From assembly GCA_036785375.1 (NCBI GenBank), contig JAWMAR010000035.1, positions 10,230,001 through 10,294,000 of the forward strand: a stretch of 64,000 nt of DNA, written 5' to 3'. A program made the position numbers and the translations under genes. Below, piece after piece: positions 26,690 to 39,222 of the stretch (position 1 is the first letter of the stretch; each line of letters opens with the position of its first letter). Origin of the DNA: Leucoraja ocellata (Eukaryota). The notes beneath the pieces are model-generated. The model worked only from the letters and a program-made list of their open reading frames with translations, was not told the origin of the DNA and did no database searches.

Positions 26690-27485
26690 TAATCCTGTCA
26701 TTTTCGCCACCTCCAACGTGACCCCACCACTCGCCACATCTTCCCATCTCCCCCCATGTCTGCCTTCCTCAAAGACCGCTCCCTCCGCAACGCCGTTGTC
26801 AATTCTTCCCTTCCCTCCCGTACCACCCCCTCCCCAGGCACTTTCCGTTGCAACCGCAAGAAATGCAACACCTGTCCCTTTACCTCCCCCCTCGACTCCA
26901 TTCAAGGACCCAAGTAGTCGTTCCAGGTGCGACAGAGGTTCACCTGTATCTCCTCCAACCTCATCTACTGCATCCGCTGCTCTAGATGTCAGCTGATCTA
27001 CATCGGGGAGACTAAGCGGAGGTTGGGCGATCGCTTCGCCGAACACCTCTGCTCGGTCCGCAAGAACCTACCTGACCTCCCGGTGGCTCAGCACTTCAAC
27101 TCCCCCTCCCATTCCCAATCCGACCTGGGTCTCCTCCATTGCCAGAGTGAGCAACACCGGAAATTGGAGGAACAGCACCTCATATTTCGCTTGGGGAGTC
27201 TGCATCCTGCGGGCATGAACATCGAATTCTCCAAATTTTGTTAGCCCTTGCTGTCTCATCCCCTTCCTCAGCCCTTGGGCTGTCTCCTCCCATCCCCCAG
27301 CCCTCGGGCTCCTCCTCCTCCTTTTTCCTTCCTTCTCCCCGCCACCCCCTATCAGTCTGAAGAAGGGTTTCGGCCCGAAACGTTACCTATTTCCTTCGCT
27401 CCATAGATGCTGCTGCGCCCGCTGAGTTTCTCCAGCATTTTTGTGTACCTTCGATTTTCCAGCGTCTGCAGTTCCTTCTTGAACA
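26690..27485 (+). mobile_element. Penelope-like element GIY-YIG region plus 3' repeat
   Basis: FTCISSNLIYCIRCSRCQLIYIGETKRRLGDRFAEH...RKLEEQHLIFRLGSL (GIY-YIG); short inverted segment at 26628-26655. Confidence 0.9.
27354..27388 (+). ncRNA. Putative minimal hammerhead ribozyme core in the Penelope 3' repeat
   Basis: agt-CTGAAGA-A-GGGT(TTCG)GCCC-GAAAC-GTT-acc; intact core, UUCG-capped stem II, weak stem I. Confidence 0.55.
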
Positions 27486-27822
27486 GAATGGAATTGAGTC
27501 CTTGAAGAAGGCTGTGTGTAAGGAAGTGTAGTCCTCGGCGCTTCCTCTCAGATGGCCTTTCACTCCTCCTTCCTGGACACCACCCTATCACTGATATCCC
27601 CTGCGTTCCTTCTACTCCGTTCTTTGCAACAATGTATTTGATTAGTAAATTTGGTGATGGCCTGACCCATTCACTTTGCTTCTCTCTCAATAGATATTGC
27701 CGGACCCATTGAGTATTCCTGCATTCTCAGTTTTTTTATTTCAAATGTTAAGACCAGTTATGTATATACCACCAAAGTGTAAGATCATGTTGCACAAGAA
27801 GTTTGCAAATGTGATACATTAC

Positions 27823-27965
27823 CAATGTTTTATCCTTCAACGAGCTAATATGGTAGGTGCCTTTCTGATTTTGCTTATTAGGTGTGATGATGTAATGCCA
27901 GGGATATCCTCCGATTTGCAATGCACTTTCAAGACAAGCAACTTCAAATAGAACAGGTGGACAAT
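27823..27965 (-). CDS. DCAF17: DCAF17 coding exon 9 (143 nt), (D)CPPVLFEVACLESALQIGGYPWHYIITPNKQNQKGTYHISSLKDKTL
   Basis: ttgcag acceptor, gtaatg donor; conserved QIGG.PWHYI.TPNK. Confidence 0.95.
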
Positions 27966-28063
27966 CTGCAAAAGTAAGTATTTGAGTTTATATCAATAGT
28001 GAACTACTTGTGCATCCCAAATTTTAGATAGTAAACATACATTATTTTTTCATGAAAAGATAC

Positions 28064-28169
28064 CTGTGATTTTAATATTACATGGAATTCCAAATGGAGC
28101 TGCACCTACAATTCCAGTTGTGTTGTTCCATTCACAATTTTGTCCAATAATACAGTGTTTCGTTGTAAA
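28064..28169 (-). CDS. DCAF17: DCAF17 coding exon 8 (106 nt), FTTKHCIIGQNCEWNNTTGIVGAAPFGIPCNIKIT
   Basis: aacag acceptor, gtatct donor; conserved APFGIPCNIKIT. Confidence 0.95.
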
Positions 28170-28404
28170 CTGTTTGAAGACATGGGAATTAGTATTCATA
28201 CTTGAAATTTGTATTACAGACAGAAACATGTAACAGATTATTTTGTCTTCGCAATTGTACTCTTTAAAAATCCATTTGAAAAGCTTTATCACCCGATTTT
28301 CAATATAGCTGGGCATGATTGAGTTAATACATTTCTTACTGTTACTTAATTAATATATTTTAATGTATTTAATGAATACAAACAAAAAATTCTTGAAAAT
28401 CCAA

Positions 28405-29958
28405 TAGAATAGTCAGTGTTACAGTCAAAGAGGTGCTGAAGGTACTATCGTGTATGAAGGTAGATGAATCTCCAAGGCCTGATCAGATATATCCAAGGAC
28501 ATTGTGGGAAGCCAGAGAGGAAATTGCGGGAGCCCTGGTTGAAATTTACAAGTCGTCTTTAAATACAGGAGAGGTGCCGGAAGACTGGAGGGTGGCAAAT
28601 GTTGTGCCTCTATTCAAGAAGGGTTACTGGGAACTATAGGCCAGTGAGCTTAACATCTGTAGTTGGAAAGTTACTAAAGAGTATTGTGAGGGATAGGATA
28701 TACAGGCATTTAAACGGACAAGGGCTAATTAAGGATAGTCAGTGTGGCTTTGTACATGAGAGGTCGTGTCTCACAAATTTGAGTTTTTTGAAGATGTGAC
28801 TGAAAGGTCGATGAGGGCAGATTTGTAGATGTTGTACATATGGACTCCAGCAAAGCACTAAACAAGGTTCCGCATGGTAGGCTGTTCTTGAAGATTAGAT
28901 CGCATGGGATCTAAGGAGAGATAGCTGAATGGATAGAAAATTGACTTCATGGAAGGAAGCAGAGAGTGATGGTGGAAGGTTGCTTCTTCTCGGACTGGAG
29001 GCTGTGACTGGTGGTGTGCCTCATGGTTCAGTGGTGGGCCCATTACTGTTTGTCATCTATATCAATGATTTGGATGAGATCATACATGGCAAGATTAACA
29101 TGTTTGCAAATGATACAAAAGTGGATGGTTTTGCAGATGGAGGATGGTTGTGAAAAATTGCAGCAGGATCTTAATTAATTGGCCAAGAATTGGCCAGAAA
29201 ATTGATGGAATTTAATACAGAGAAATGTGAGATGTTGCATTTTGGGAAGTCTAACATGGGCAGGACCTACACAGTGAATGGTATGGCTCTGGGGAGTGTT
29301 ATAGAGCAGACGGATTAAGGAGTGCAGGTGCATGGTTCCTTGAAGGTGGAGTCGCAGACAGATAGGGTGGTCAAAAAGGCATTTAGCAAATATGCTTCAT
29401 CAGTCAGAAGTTGGCAGGTCATGTTGCAGTTGTATAAGAGGCCACATTTAGAGTATTGTGTTCAGTTCTGGGCACCACATTATAGGAAAGATGGTGTCAA
29501 GCTGGAAAGGATACAGAGAAGATTTACAAGGATGTTGCCAGGGCTAGAGGGTCTGAGCTATAGGGAGAGGTTGAATAGGCTGGGACTCTATTCCTTGTAG
29601 CGTGGGAGGACGAGGGGTGATCTTATTGACGTGTATAAAATCATGAGAGGAATAGATCGGGAAGATGCACAAAGCCTTTTGCCCAGAGTAGGTGAAATCA
29701 AGGACATAGGAGAAAATGTAGGAATCTGAGGTAACTTTTTCACACAAAGGGTGGTGGGTGTATGAAACAAGCTGCCAGAAGAAGTAGTTGAGGCAGGGAC
29801 TATCCCGGCATTTAAGAAACAGTTAGACAGATAAATGAATAGGACATATTTGGAGGGATATGGACCAAACGCGGGCAGGTGGGACTAGTGTAGCTGGGAC
29901 ATGTTGGCCGGTGTGGGCAAGTTGGGCCGGAGGATCTGTTTCCACACTGTATCACTTT
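28405..29958 (+). mobile_element. CR1 LINE (HER1-like), 5'-truncated, degenerate
   Basis: VPEDWRVANVVPLFKKG, NYRPVSLTSVVGK, GVPHGSVVGPLLF, RPHLEYCVQFWAPHYRKD; many stops. Confidence 0.9.
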
Positions 29959-30322
29959 ATGAACATAACTGTATTTTGTGAATATTATAAATTTGATAGA
30001 AATTACACCAGAGAGTTATTGATCTACAAAAAAAATAGAGAAATTATGATAAGCAGTTAAGATATTGGTAGAATATATTAAGATTGAAAAGAAAGAAATG
30101 GAAATCTGAAGAACAGAATCAATGAAAATTGATGTTATTCTGAAGTTCTCTTTTATAACATAGAAAGCATGGCACTCAATATTCACTCAACAAGCTCCTA
30201 CAGTTTTCATGATGATTAGATAATCTGTTTTATTGATTAGGGATTAAAAAAAACAAACCAGGAGAGCAGACATAAATCTCCTTCAAGATGATGTCGTATT
30301 TCATTTGTATTTCTTGTACTTA

Positions 30323-30628
30323 TGGGCCTGGACCACTTAGGCGATTTTTTTAAGCAACTACAGGCAACTAGTTTGGCCACATGTTCGCCAGTGGTCGCAG
30401 GGAGTAGTCTCCTCAGTCGCGCAAAATGTCGTAGTGTCTTTCTGGTCGCTGCTAAATTTTCAACATTTGAAACATTTTCGGCGACAGTGGGTTTGACGCC
30501 AATGAGCGTAGCATGACTTCTCCTGACGTAGGTGTTGTCGCCAGGATGACGTAGGTTGTCGCCAGTTTTTCGCCGACCTGCTACGACTATGACAGTTGCT
30601 TAACAAATCGCCAAGTGGGACAGGCCCA
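30323..30628. mobile_element. PIF/Harbinger-type MITE
   Basis: TIRs TGGGCCTGGACCACTTAGGCGATTT / AAATCGCCAAGTGGGACAGGCCCA with a TTA TSD (30320-30322, 30629-30631). Confidence 0.8.
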
Positions 30629-30736
30629 TTAATGTATTGCATTCAGTGCTCATAACACTGTCTCCTCCACACTGAGAAAAATAAATGCAGACAGGGAGAC
30701 TGCTCTGCGGACACCTTTGTTCAGCGAGGCCTCATC

Positions 30737-32169
30737 ACATAGAAACATAGAAATTAGGTGCAGGAGTAGGCCATTCGGCCCTTCGAGCCTGCACCGCCAT
30801 TCAATATGATCATGGCTGATCATCCAACTCAGTATCCCGTACCTGCCTTCTCTCCATACCCCCTGATCCCCTTAGCCACAAGGGCCACATCTAACTCCCT
30901 CTTAAATATAGCCAATGAACTGGCCTCAACTACCCTCTGTGGCAGAGAGTTCCAGAGATTCACCACTCTCTGTGTGAAAAAAGTTCTTCTCATCTCGGTT
31001 TTAAAGGATTTCCCCTTTATCCTTAAGCTGTGACCCCTTGTCCTGGACTTCCCTAACATCGGGAACAATCTTCCTGCATCTAGCCTGTCCAACCCCTTAA
31101 GAATTTTGTAAGTTTCTATAAGATCCCCTCTCAATCTTCTAAATTCTAGAGAGTATAAACCAAGTCTATCCAGTCTTTCTTCATAAGACAGTCCTGACAT
31201 CCCAGGAATCAGTCTGGTGAACCGTCTCTGCACTCCCTCTATGGCAATAATGTCCTTCCTCAGATTTGGAGACCAAAACTGTACGCAATACTCCAGGTGT
31301 GGTCTCACCAAGACCCTGTACAACTGCAGTAGAACCTCTCTGCTCCTATACTCAAATCCTTTAGCAATGAAAGCTAACATACCATTCGCTTTCTTTACTG
31401 CCTGCTGCACCTGCATGCCTACCTTCAATGACTGGTGTACCATGACACCCAGGTCTCGCTGCATCTCCCCCTTTCCCAATCGGCCACCATTTAGATAATA
31501 GTCTGCTTTCCTGTTTTTGCCACCAAAATGGATAACCTCACATTTATCCACATTATACTGCATCTGCCAAACATCTGCCCACTCACCCAGCCTATCCAAG
31601 TCACCCTGCAGTCTCCTAGCATCCTCCTCACAGCTAACACTGCCCCCCAGTGTCATCCGCAAACGTGGAGATATTGCCTTCAATTCCCTCATCCAGATCA
31701 TTAATATATATTGTAAATAGCTGGGGTCCCAGTACTGAGCCTTGGGGTACCCCACTAGTCACTGCCTGCCATTGTGAAAAGGACCCGTTTACTCCTACTC
31801 TTTGCTTCCTGTTTGCCAGCCAGTTCTCTATCCACATCAATACTGAACCCCCAATGCCTTGTGCTTTAAGTTTGTATACTAATCTCTTATGTGGGACCTT
31901 GTCGAAAGCCTTCTGGAAGTCCAGATACACCACATCCACTGGTTCTCCCCTATCAACGCTACTAGTTACATCCTCGAAAAATTCTATAAGATTCGTCAGA
32001 CATGATTTACCTTTCGTAAATCCATGCTGACTGTCCAATGATTTCACCACTTTCCAAATGTGCTGCTATCCCATCTTTAATAACTGACTCTAGCAGTTTC
32101 CCCACTACCGATGTTAGACTAACTGGTCTGTAATTCCGCATTTTCTCTCTCCCTCCCTTCTTAAAAAGT
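30737..32169 (-). mobile_element. Young CR1 LINE RT/3' fragment
   Basis: Near-identical to the corresponding part of 10452-13098, small indels only. Confidence 0.93.
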
Positions 32170-33484
32170 CTAATCAAAGTTACAATCTAATCACCCAAGT
32201 TAACACTTGCCTATCACTTTAATTCTCCATCCACCATCTTTCTCTGACTCCTGCACTCTTCCAATGAAGCCCAAAATAAGCTCAAGAAACAGCATTCCAT
32301 CACCTGACTATAGACATCGACTTTTACCACAAATTCAGATAACCAGCTTTATGATTTATATCAGAACTGGCCAATCATCAATCTTTGATGGTAAATCCAT
32401 TTTCCTCTCTCCTCTGATGTTACCCGATCTGCCAGATTCCCAACAATTGCATCATCTCCTATTTATATTTCCTCCCAACAGATCGGCTGAAGTTAACAAG
32501 CTTGCATCTCCTGATTCAGGGAGTTTCTTTCCAACTGTTAACAGATAACTGAACCATTCCACTACAACGGGAGAGCAGTCCTGAACTACTATCTATCTCA
32601 TTGGAGACCCTCAAACTATCTTTGATTAGACTTTATTGGCATTATTTTGCACTAAACATTATTCACTTTATCACGTATCAATACACTGTGATGGCTTAAT
32701 TATAATCATGCATTGTCTTTCCACTGACTGGTTCGCAAGCAATAAACACTTTTCACTGTACTTTAGTACACGTGACAATAAACTAAACTCAAACTCACTC
32801 CGTAGTCCGTGTATGTAATGAACTGCCAAAGGAAGTCATAAAAGTGCATACAATTGCGACTTTTAAAAGCCATTTGGAAAGATATATTAATAGGAAGGAT
32901 TTAAAGGACCATGGGCCAAATGGGACTAGCCCAGTATGCCATCTTGGTCTGCATGGACAAGAATGGCCAAAGGGCCTGTTTCTGTGCAGGATAACTCTGA
33001 CTCTATGATGTCTGTGGCATGCCACTAATGTGGCAGTGCAATTAACTTGTAACTGCCCTTCAAAATGGCTACTCAAATCCAGTGCAACTGGCTAATTAGT
33101 CTAAACAAGACACAAAGTGCTGGCGTAACTCAGTGGTTCAGGCAGCATCTCTGGAGAACATGCATTTCCGGTCGGGATGTTTTTTCAAACTCTGTCTGAT
33201 AATCTGCAAAACATATGAACGAATAGGAGAGAAAGCAATCTAAGGGAGGAGTGTTTGCTTCCATCAGCTTTTACATTTTTCCAGTAGTCTAGAATCACTG
33301 ATAACTCACCATTTTCATTTTATTGTACTCAGAGCAAAATATATACTTTTCCACTTGACATTGGCATTCTTAGTTTAATATGAAGCAAAAAAAGTATTAA
33401 AATATTTTGCATACTACTATTGTTAATAGCAGGGTTTTCACCCAGGTTCAGCACTGACCATTATACATTACATTTTTATTTTAC

Positions 33485-33592
33485 CATCTCAACGATCCAC
33501 TGAAAACTGTAAAGCTTGACCAGTCCCACACTGTGTGTCACAATGAGCAACCCCTGAGAAACAGTGGCATCTGTTACATTGCTTCCAAAAAT
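33485..33592 (-). CDS. DCAF17: DCAF17 coding exon 7 (108 nt), IFGSNVTDATVSQGLLIVTHSVGLVKLYSFQWIVEM
   Basis: cctag acceptor, gtaaaa donor; matches IFGNVTDATLSHG. Confidence 0.95.
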
Positions 33593-33881
33593 CTAGGAGG
33601 AAATGAAAAATAATGTGTTTAAATTTATTTTAAACTAGATTACATCAACTGCTAAAATAGTTTTTTACATTTCAATTCTATCTCGCATTTTATAATGAAT
33701 ACTGCAAAATTGAGATTAGTTTGTTAATTGAAATTATTATAATGATATTCCCCTACAAGTATAATTCAACATATAATTCAACAGTTCAACTATTAAACGT
33801 TCCCAAAAGGTTTATGCAGCCTGCAACTTTGGACACAAATATTTGAGGGAAAGCAAATATGTATGTCAATGCAACTAACAA

Positions 33882-34200
33882 GGGTGGCACAGTGGAACAC
33901 AGCTTGTGGAGTAGCTGCCTCACAGTGGCAGAGTGGGTTCAATTCTGATCTTGGGTGCTGTCTGTGTGGGTTTTGCACGTTATCCCTGTGTGTGTGGTTT
34001 TCAGTGCTGCAATTTCCTCCCACATTTCTGAAGACATGTGGGTTGGTAGTTTAATTGGTTGCTGTAAATTGCCCCTTGTGTGGTAAGTGAGTTGTGGAAT
34101 AATAGGGAATTGATGATAATATGGAGAGAATAAAGTTGGATTTGTGTAAATGTGTGGTTGGGGGGAGCCAAAGAACATTTTTCCATGCTGTATCTCTCTA
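33882..34200 (+). mobile_element. HE1-like tRNA-derived V-SINE
   Basis: tRNA-like head ggtggcacagtgg...ggttcaattc, V-domain ctgtgtgg.gtttgcacgtt, CR1-like tail ttccatgctgtatctcta. Confidence 0.7.
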
Positions 34201-34867
34201 TTATGATTTAAAAATATGTTTTTGGTGCTTTTGGAGTTATAATATAAGAATCATAGGAAGATACAACACAGAAAAAGGCCATTTAGCCCAACAGATCTCG
34301 TGTTAATTATTCTAACCACTGTCATCCCTTTAATTATTAACAGTGATTATCCATTAACACCACACAAAATATCAGAAATATTTCCTTAGCTTAACACTTA
34401 TCTTAATAAATCAACCATAACAATATCGAATGAGAAAACCTAACTTTTTACAGATCTATGCATTATCCTTGACGGTGTTTCAGTGAATCTACACTGCTCT
34501 TTTTAATTGTGATTATATTTCTGTTATATGAGATATGCTGACATAGGACAGTCCTCCAACTCTGCCCTTAAGCTCTTAATACAAGTTCAATATTAACCAG
34601 ATGAATTTGTATTCTATATTTCCAAACTGAAAATGAAAGATTCCTTTCTTTTTAATAGTCTTACCTAATTCAATTTTGTCTATCTGCATACTAAGGACCT
34701 AATACATTTTAAATATTACATTTTAAGGAACATTTTTATTTTCTTCCTCAAGTGTACAATTTTATGTTTTTCTTGACTGATCTACGATCGCAACTGATTT
34801 TCCAATTCCTCAACCCTATTTCTGGTATTATTCCCTGAAAAACTATAACATTTGTTTGTAAAATGTT

Positions 34868-35103
34868 TCACAGAGAGTGGTGAATCTCTGGAACTCTCTG
34901 CCACAGAGGGTAGTTGAGGCCAGTTCATTGGCTATATTTAAGAGGGAGTTAGATGTGGCCCTTGTGGCTAAGGGGATCAGGGGGTATGGAGAGAAGGCAG
35001 GTACGGGATACTGAGTTGGATGATCAGCCATGATCATATTGAATGGCGGTGCAGGCTCGAAGGGCCGAATGGCCTACTCCTGCACCTAATTTCTATGTTT
35101 CTA
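34868..35103 (+). mobile_element. Young CR1 3'-end fragment
   Basis: Reverse complement of the 3' ~235 nt of the 10452/25322/30737 copies. Confidence 0.9.
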
Positions 35104-37326
35104 TAAAACCAGTTGTAACAGAGTTTTCAACCTAAAATATTGTTGGTAATTTAATTTCACCCCAAATTTGAAGACTTAAATGTAGGTCTTTTTGCAAAGG
35201 TCATGCTTTTGGGAACACTTTATGTCTTCTTGCACAGATGCAGCCTGACTTGCAGCTTATTTTCTGCATTTACTGTTGTTAATATAAAATCTTTATTAAA
35301 TTACAATGACTTCAATACATTCAACACAGTCGTGCAGGGGTAGAACTGATGCTTCTCACAGACCAAGAGCTAGGGTGCTGTCTGTGTGGAGTTTGCATCT
35401 TCTCCCTGTGACTGTGGGTTTCCTCCGGGTGCTCCGGTTTCTTCCCACATCCCAAAGACGTGTGGGTTTGTAGTTTAATTGGCCTCTGTAAATTGCCACG
35501 AGTGTGTAGCTACCAGTTAACTTTCAACGGTCTTTCATCTGATAGGAAATCCACATAGGCTTCTCCACTCGGGTCTCTTCATAGTTCTGACATGTGGATG
35601 CATTTTCGTGAACCAGCAGGTGACAAAGAAATCATGTTGGAGAACGGAAGTGTTAACTTGCACATACTCTAGTGCTGGAGTTTTATTAAATGATGAACAG
35701 ATTTCCTTTGGCAATGTTTGTGGGGAGCAGGAAGATACGCTATTTTACTATAAAATACAGCTCTACCATTCTTGGAGATCTGACAATACTGGTTACTGTC
35801 ACAATAATCAAGAAATGTTTAAGGTAAGAGGTAAGTTAAGGTAAGATTTAATAGGAACCCGAGGGGCAACTTTTTCACTCGGGGATTGGTATATGGAATG
35901 AACTGCCAAAGGAGTTGTCGAGGTAGGTACTATAACAGCGTTTAAAAGACACTCGGACAGGAACAATGATAGAAATGTGACCGTGTGGGTGCTCCAGTTT
36001 CCTCCCACATCCCAAAGACATGCGAGTTTCTAGGTTAATTGACCTCTGTAAATTGTCCTCCGTGTGTAAGGAAGAAAAAGTGAGAATAACATAGAACCAG
36101 TGTGATCGATAGTTGGCGTGGAATTAGTCGGCTTATGTGTTATTATGTTATTACTGTTATTATGTGTGAAATTTATTAAGTTTCATGTGCGATGCTCCAG
36201 TATTCCCTGGGAAACGTCTTCTCATTTTGCACTGTACAACTGTTGCTTTGCAAGATGACAATAAAGGTTGATTGATTGATTAATTGATTGAAGGGCCTGT
36301 TTCCATGCTGTATCTCTAAAAACTAAACTAAGCTTACATGGGGCATCTTGGTTGGCATGGACGAGTTGGACCAAAGGGCCTGCGTCTGGCTGTATAATTT
36401 TAAAAGGCATTCTGCAATTGTTCACATTGCATTATTGACACATCTGAAAGAACTTCGAAGAATCATAGACCAATATTCGCCAACTCTTTCACATCGACCA
36501 GTGGCCTCCCTTCCTTATTAATCCCATTGCCCTGCTCTGTATGCCTAACCAATTCAAGAGTTTATCTAGACAGATATTAATACTGTCAGTGACCAAGCTT
36601 TGACCACTCTTTCAGACCATAGTCCATAAGTGACAGCTGAAAGATCAGTCATTAGTAATAAGCCAAAATACTGAGGAATACAAAAAAGATTGGAGTGATA
36701 AACCAGATCCCAGAAATAAGAAAAGCATCACTTAGTGTTGATACCACTGAATGGTGTCAAACATGTTTCACAAATGCTCTTATAGTTAGGCTTGAGGTTC
36801 CCAACAATCAATGGAAGCTGAATGTTTAATCCACAAGCTAAAATCAGGTGAAAAATAGTTTGTGCGTACAGGTCCAAAAACTGCTAGGGTTACAAAAACA
36901 TTTGGTCTGCAGTAGCCTGCACTTGTACATGGATAATGTCCGGATTTCATTGAATGTCAACTTATATAAAGAAATTATGTGGTCACCATTAAATAGACAA
37001 AGACAGATATTTGGAGACACAAGGATCTGCAGATGGTGAAATCTTGAGCAAAACATCAAGTGCTAGAGAAACTCAGCTCGTCAGGCAGCATCTGTCGAGA
37101 GTCTGCAGAAGGGTCCAGACTCAAAACATTGCCTCTCCATGGTCTCCTGAGATGCTGCCTGACCCGTTGGGCTACTCCAGCACTTTGTCTCTTCGTGTGG
37201 AGAGAAAGGACAGATGATGTTTTGGGTCGGGACCCTTTTTCAGACCAGTTAAAAGAAAGATATTTTATTAAATTAATTAATCTGCATTAAAATTTATCAT
37301 GGTTTTCTTTAAAGAATGAGATGTAC

Positions 37327-37416
37327 CTTTTTGTCAATGCCCATCATTCCAACAAAGGTAAGAGGTAGAACACTAAACAAAGCTAAATGTAACAGAACTG
37401 AGTGTTGATTTCCAGC
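37327..37416 (-). CDS. DCAF17: DCAF17 coding exon 6 (90 nt), AGNQHSVLLHLALFSVLPLTFVGMMGIDKK
   Basis: ttttcag acceptor, gtacat donor; matches AGIQQHVLLYLAVFRVLP. Confidence 0.93.
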
Positions 37417-38261
37417 CTGAAAAACAAAACATCAACAGATATTACTTTAATGTTGGCACATCAGCAAATTAGACGGCAGACAAGTTGATGGAGAGTAAGA
37501 AAAGTCAACAGGTATATGAAAAAGAAAGGGTATGTGCAAAAGTGGACAGATGAAACTAGTCTAGATGGGGCATTTTGGTCATCATAGAGTAGTTGGGCTG
37601 AAGTTTTTGCCACCCCTACAATTGTGCAAAAGATCCTTGACTGGGTGAGACGAGAAAGGATTGGGTGTCTGGCTCCGTCGATGACTTGAAGCGAGGGTAA
37701 GAAGTCCAGAGTCTGGAGGGGGGTGGGGGGGGGGGGGCAGTGTGTTGGGGAAGGAAAGTAGTGCAGAGCTCTGGTCTTAGCTGGAGTGATATTTATGCAT
37801 TTTAAAACAGCAGGTACTGTAGCAATAATTAAAAGACACTTGGACAGGTACATGGATAGAAAAGGTTTAGTGGTATATGAGCCAAACACGGGTAAATAGG
37901 GCTAGCATAAATGGGCATCTTGGTTGGCGTGGATAAGTTGAGCCGAAAGGCCTGTTTCTATGCTGTTTAATTCTATGTATGTCTGGCATGGAAAATCATG
38001 ATGTCGTTCCTCAGCTATGTCCTCCTTTGGGATGGGCATCCCTGCAATCACGTTGGAGGACCAATCGGGACACGTTCCCAGTACATGTGGGGTTGTCACA
38101 TGGTCTCCACATGCAGCCATGATTGATGAGCACACAAAGCACCACCTGTCGAACTTCCTAAATTCAGTGAGAGTCTAGCCAGAGCAGGGCCACAGATGTT
38201 CGGTGCAGAACATCAAGTTAAACCATTCAGCTAAAAGGAAAATAATAACTTTAAGACAATA

Positions 38262-38478
38262 GAAACAAGGTGTGGATGCTAGCTTATAAAATAATACATA
38301 ACGTAACTCCTGGAGTTACTCATCAGGTCAGGCAGCATCTCTGCGGAACATGAATAGGCGACGTTATGGTTTGAGACCCTTCTTCAGTCTGAAGAACGTT
38401 TCCAACCCGAAATGTTACCTATCCATGTTCTCCATAGATTTTGCTTGACCAGCTGAGTATTCCAGCACTTTGTGTTAA
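38262..38478. repeat. Head-to-head palindromic pair of Penelope-derived short units
   Basis: Arms of ~90 bp meeting at ttcttcag-T-ctgaagaa (centre 38388). Confidence 0.75.
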
Positions 38479-39143
38479 CTTTAAGACCTTTTTAGACCCG
38501 GAGATGTGAAATGTGAATGACCTACAGAATAGAGTGACAGGAATGGGTGCCTCTTTTGGAAATTCAAACAGCAGTTTCAGGTAGTTACCAGGAGTAGATT
38601 GCCATCCTAACGCGTGAAGATCTACATGTGTTTCATCTGCATTTCATTTTCAGCAGTATTGACGGGTTTATTTACTCCATTCAGAAATTTACCCAAGGCT
38701 TTAGTTCAAACCTAATCATTGATTGTGTAGAACTAGTCACTAAGACTAATGATTGTAGGATAATTAGTACAAAATAATCTCTGTTTCCATTGACATTTGA
38801 TTTGTTTTCAGAAATTTGATTTGAATCACAAATTACTACCACTTTCATACAGAAATCAGTTTAACTCAAACCAGAATGACACTTATTCATGGATAATCCA
38901 AATTTTTGTAAATACTTTGTCAACTTCACACACAATAAAACCCCTAGTTTCTTTGGTTACTTGTGAATTTTAAATGTTTGCCATAAAGGGTAGGTAATAA
39001 ATTCAGAATAAATGGTAGTGTATGGACAGCAACAAATTACGCAGAATCAAAGAAGTACTTTGACCCATAAAAACCAGGAGAATATCTTAAAGATGCAATG
39101 TACCCAGCTGACGCAGCAGTTAAAGCAACAACATACTACTCAC

Positions 39144-39222
39144 CGCTCGAGCTGCAGCTGTAACTTTGTTCTGTGTAGTTTTTACCACTATGGTCTCTTG
39201 AGTATTGTCCCAAGTCAAATAC
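39144..39222 (-). CDS. DCAF17: DCAF17 coding exon 5 (79 nt), YLTWDNTQETIVVKTTQNKVTAAARA
   Basis: atcag acceptor, gtgagt donor; matches YLSWDTPQEVIAVKSAQN. Confidence 0.93.
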
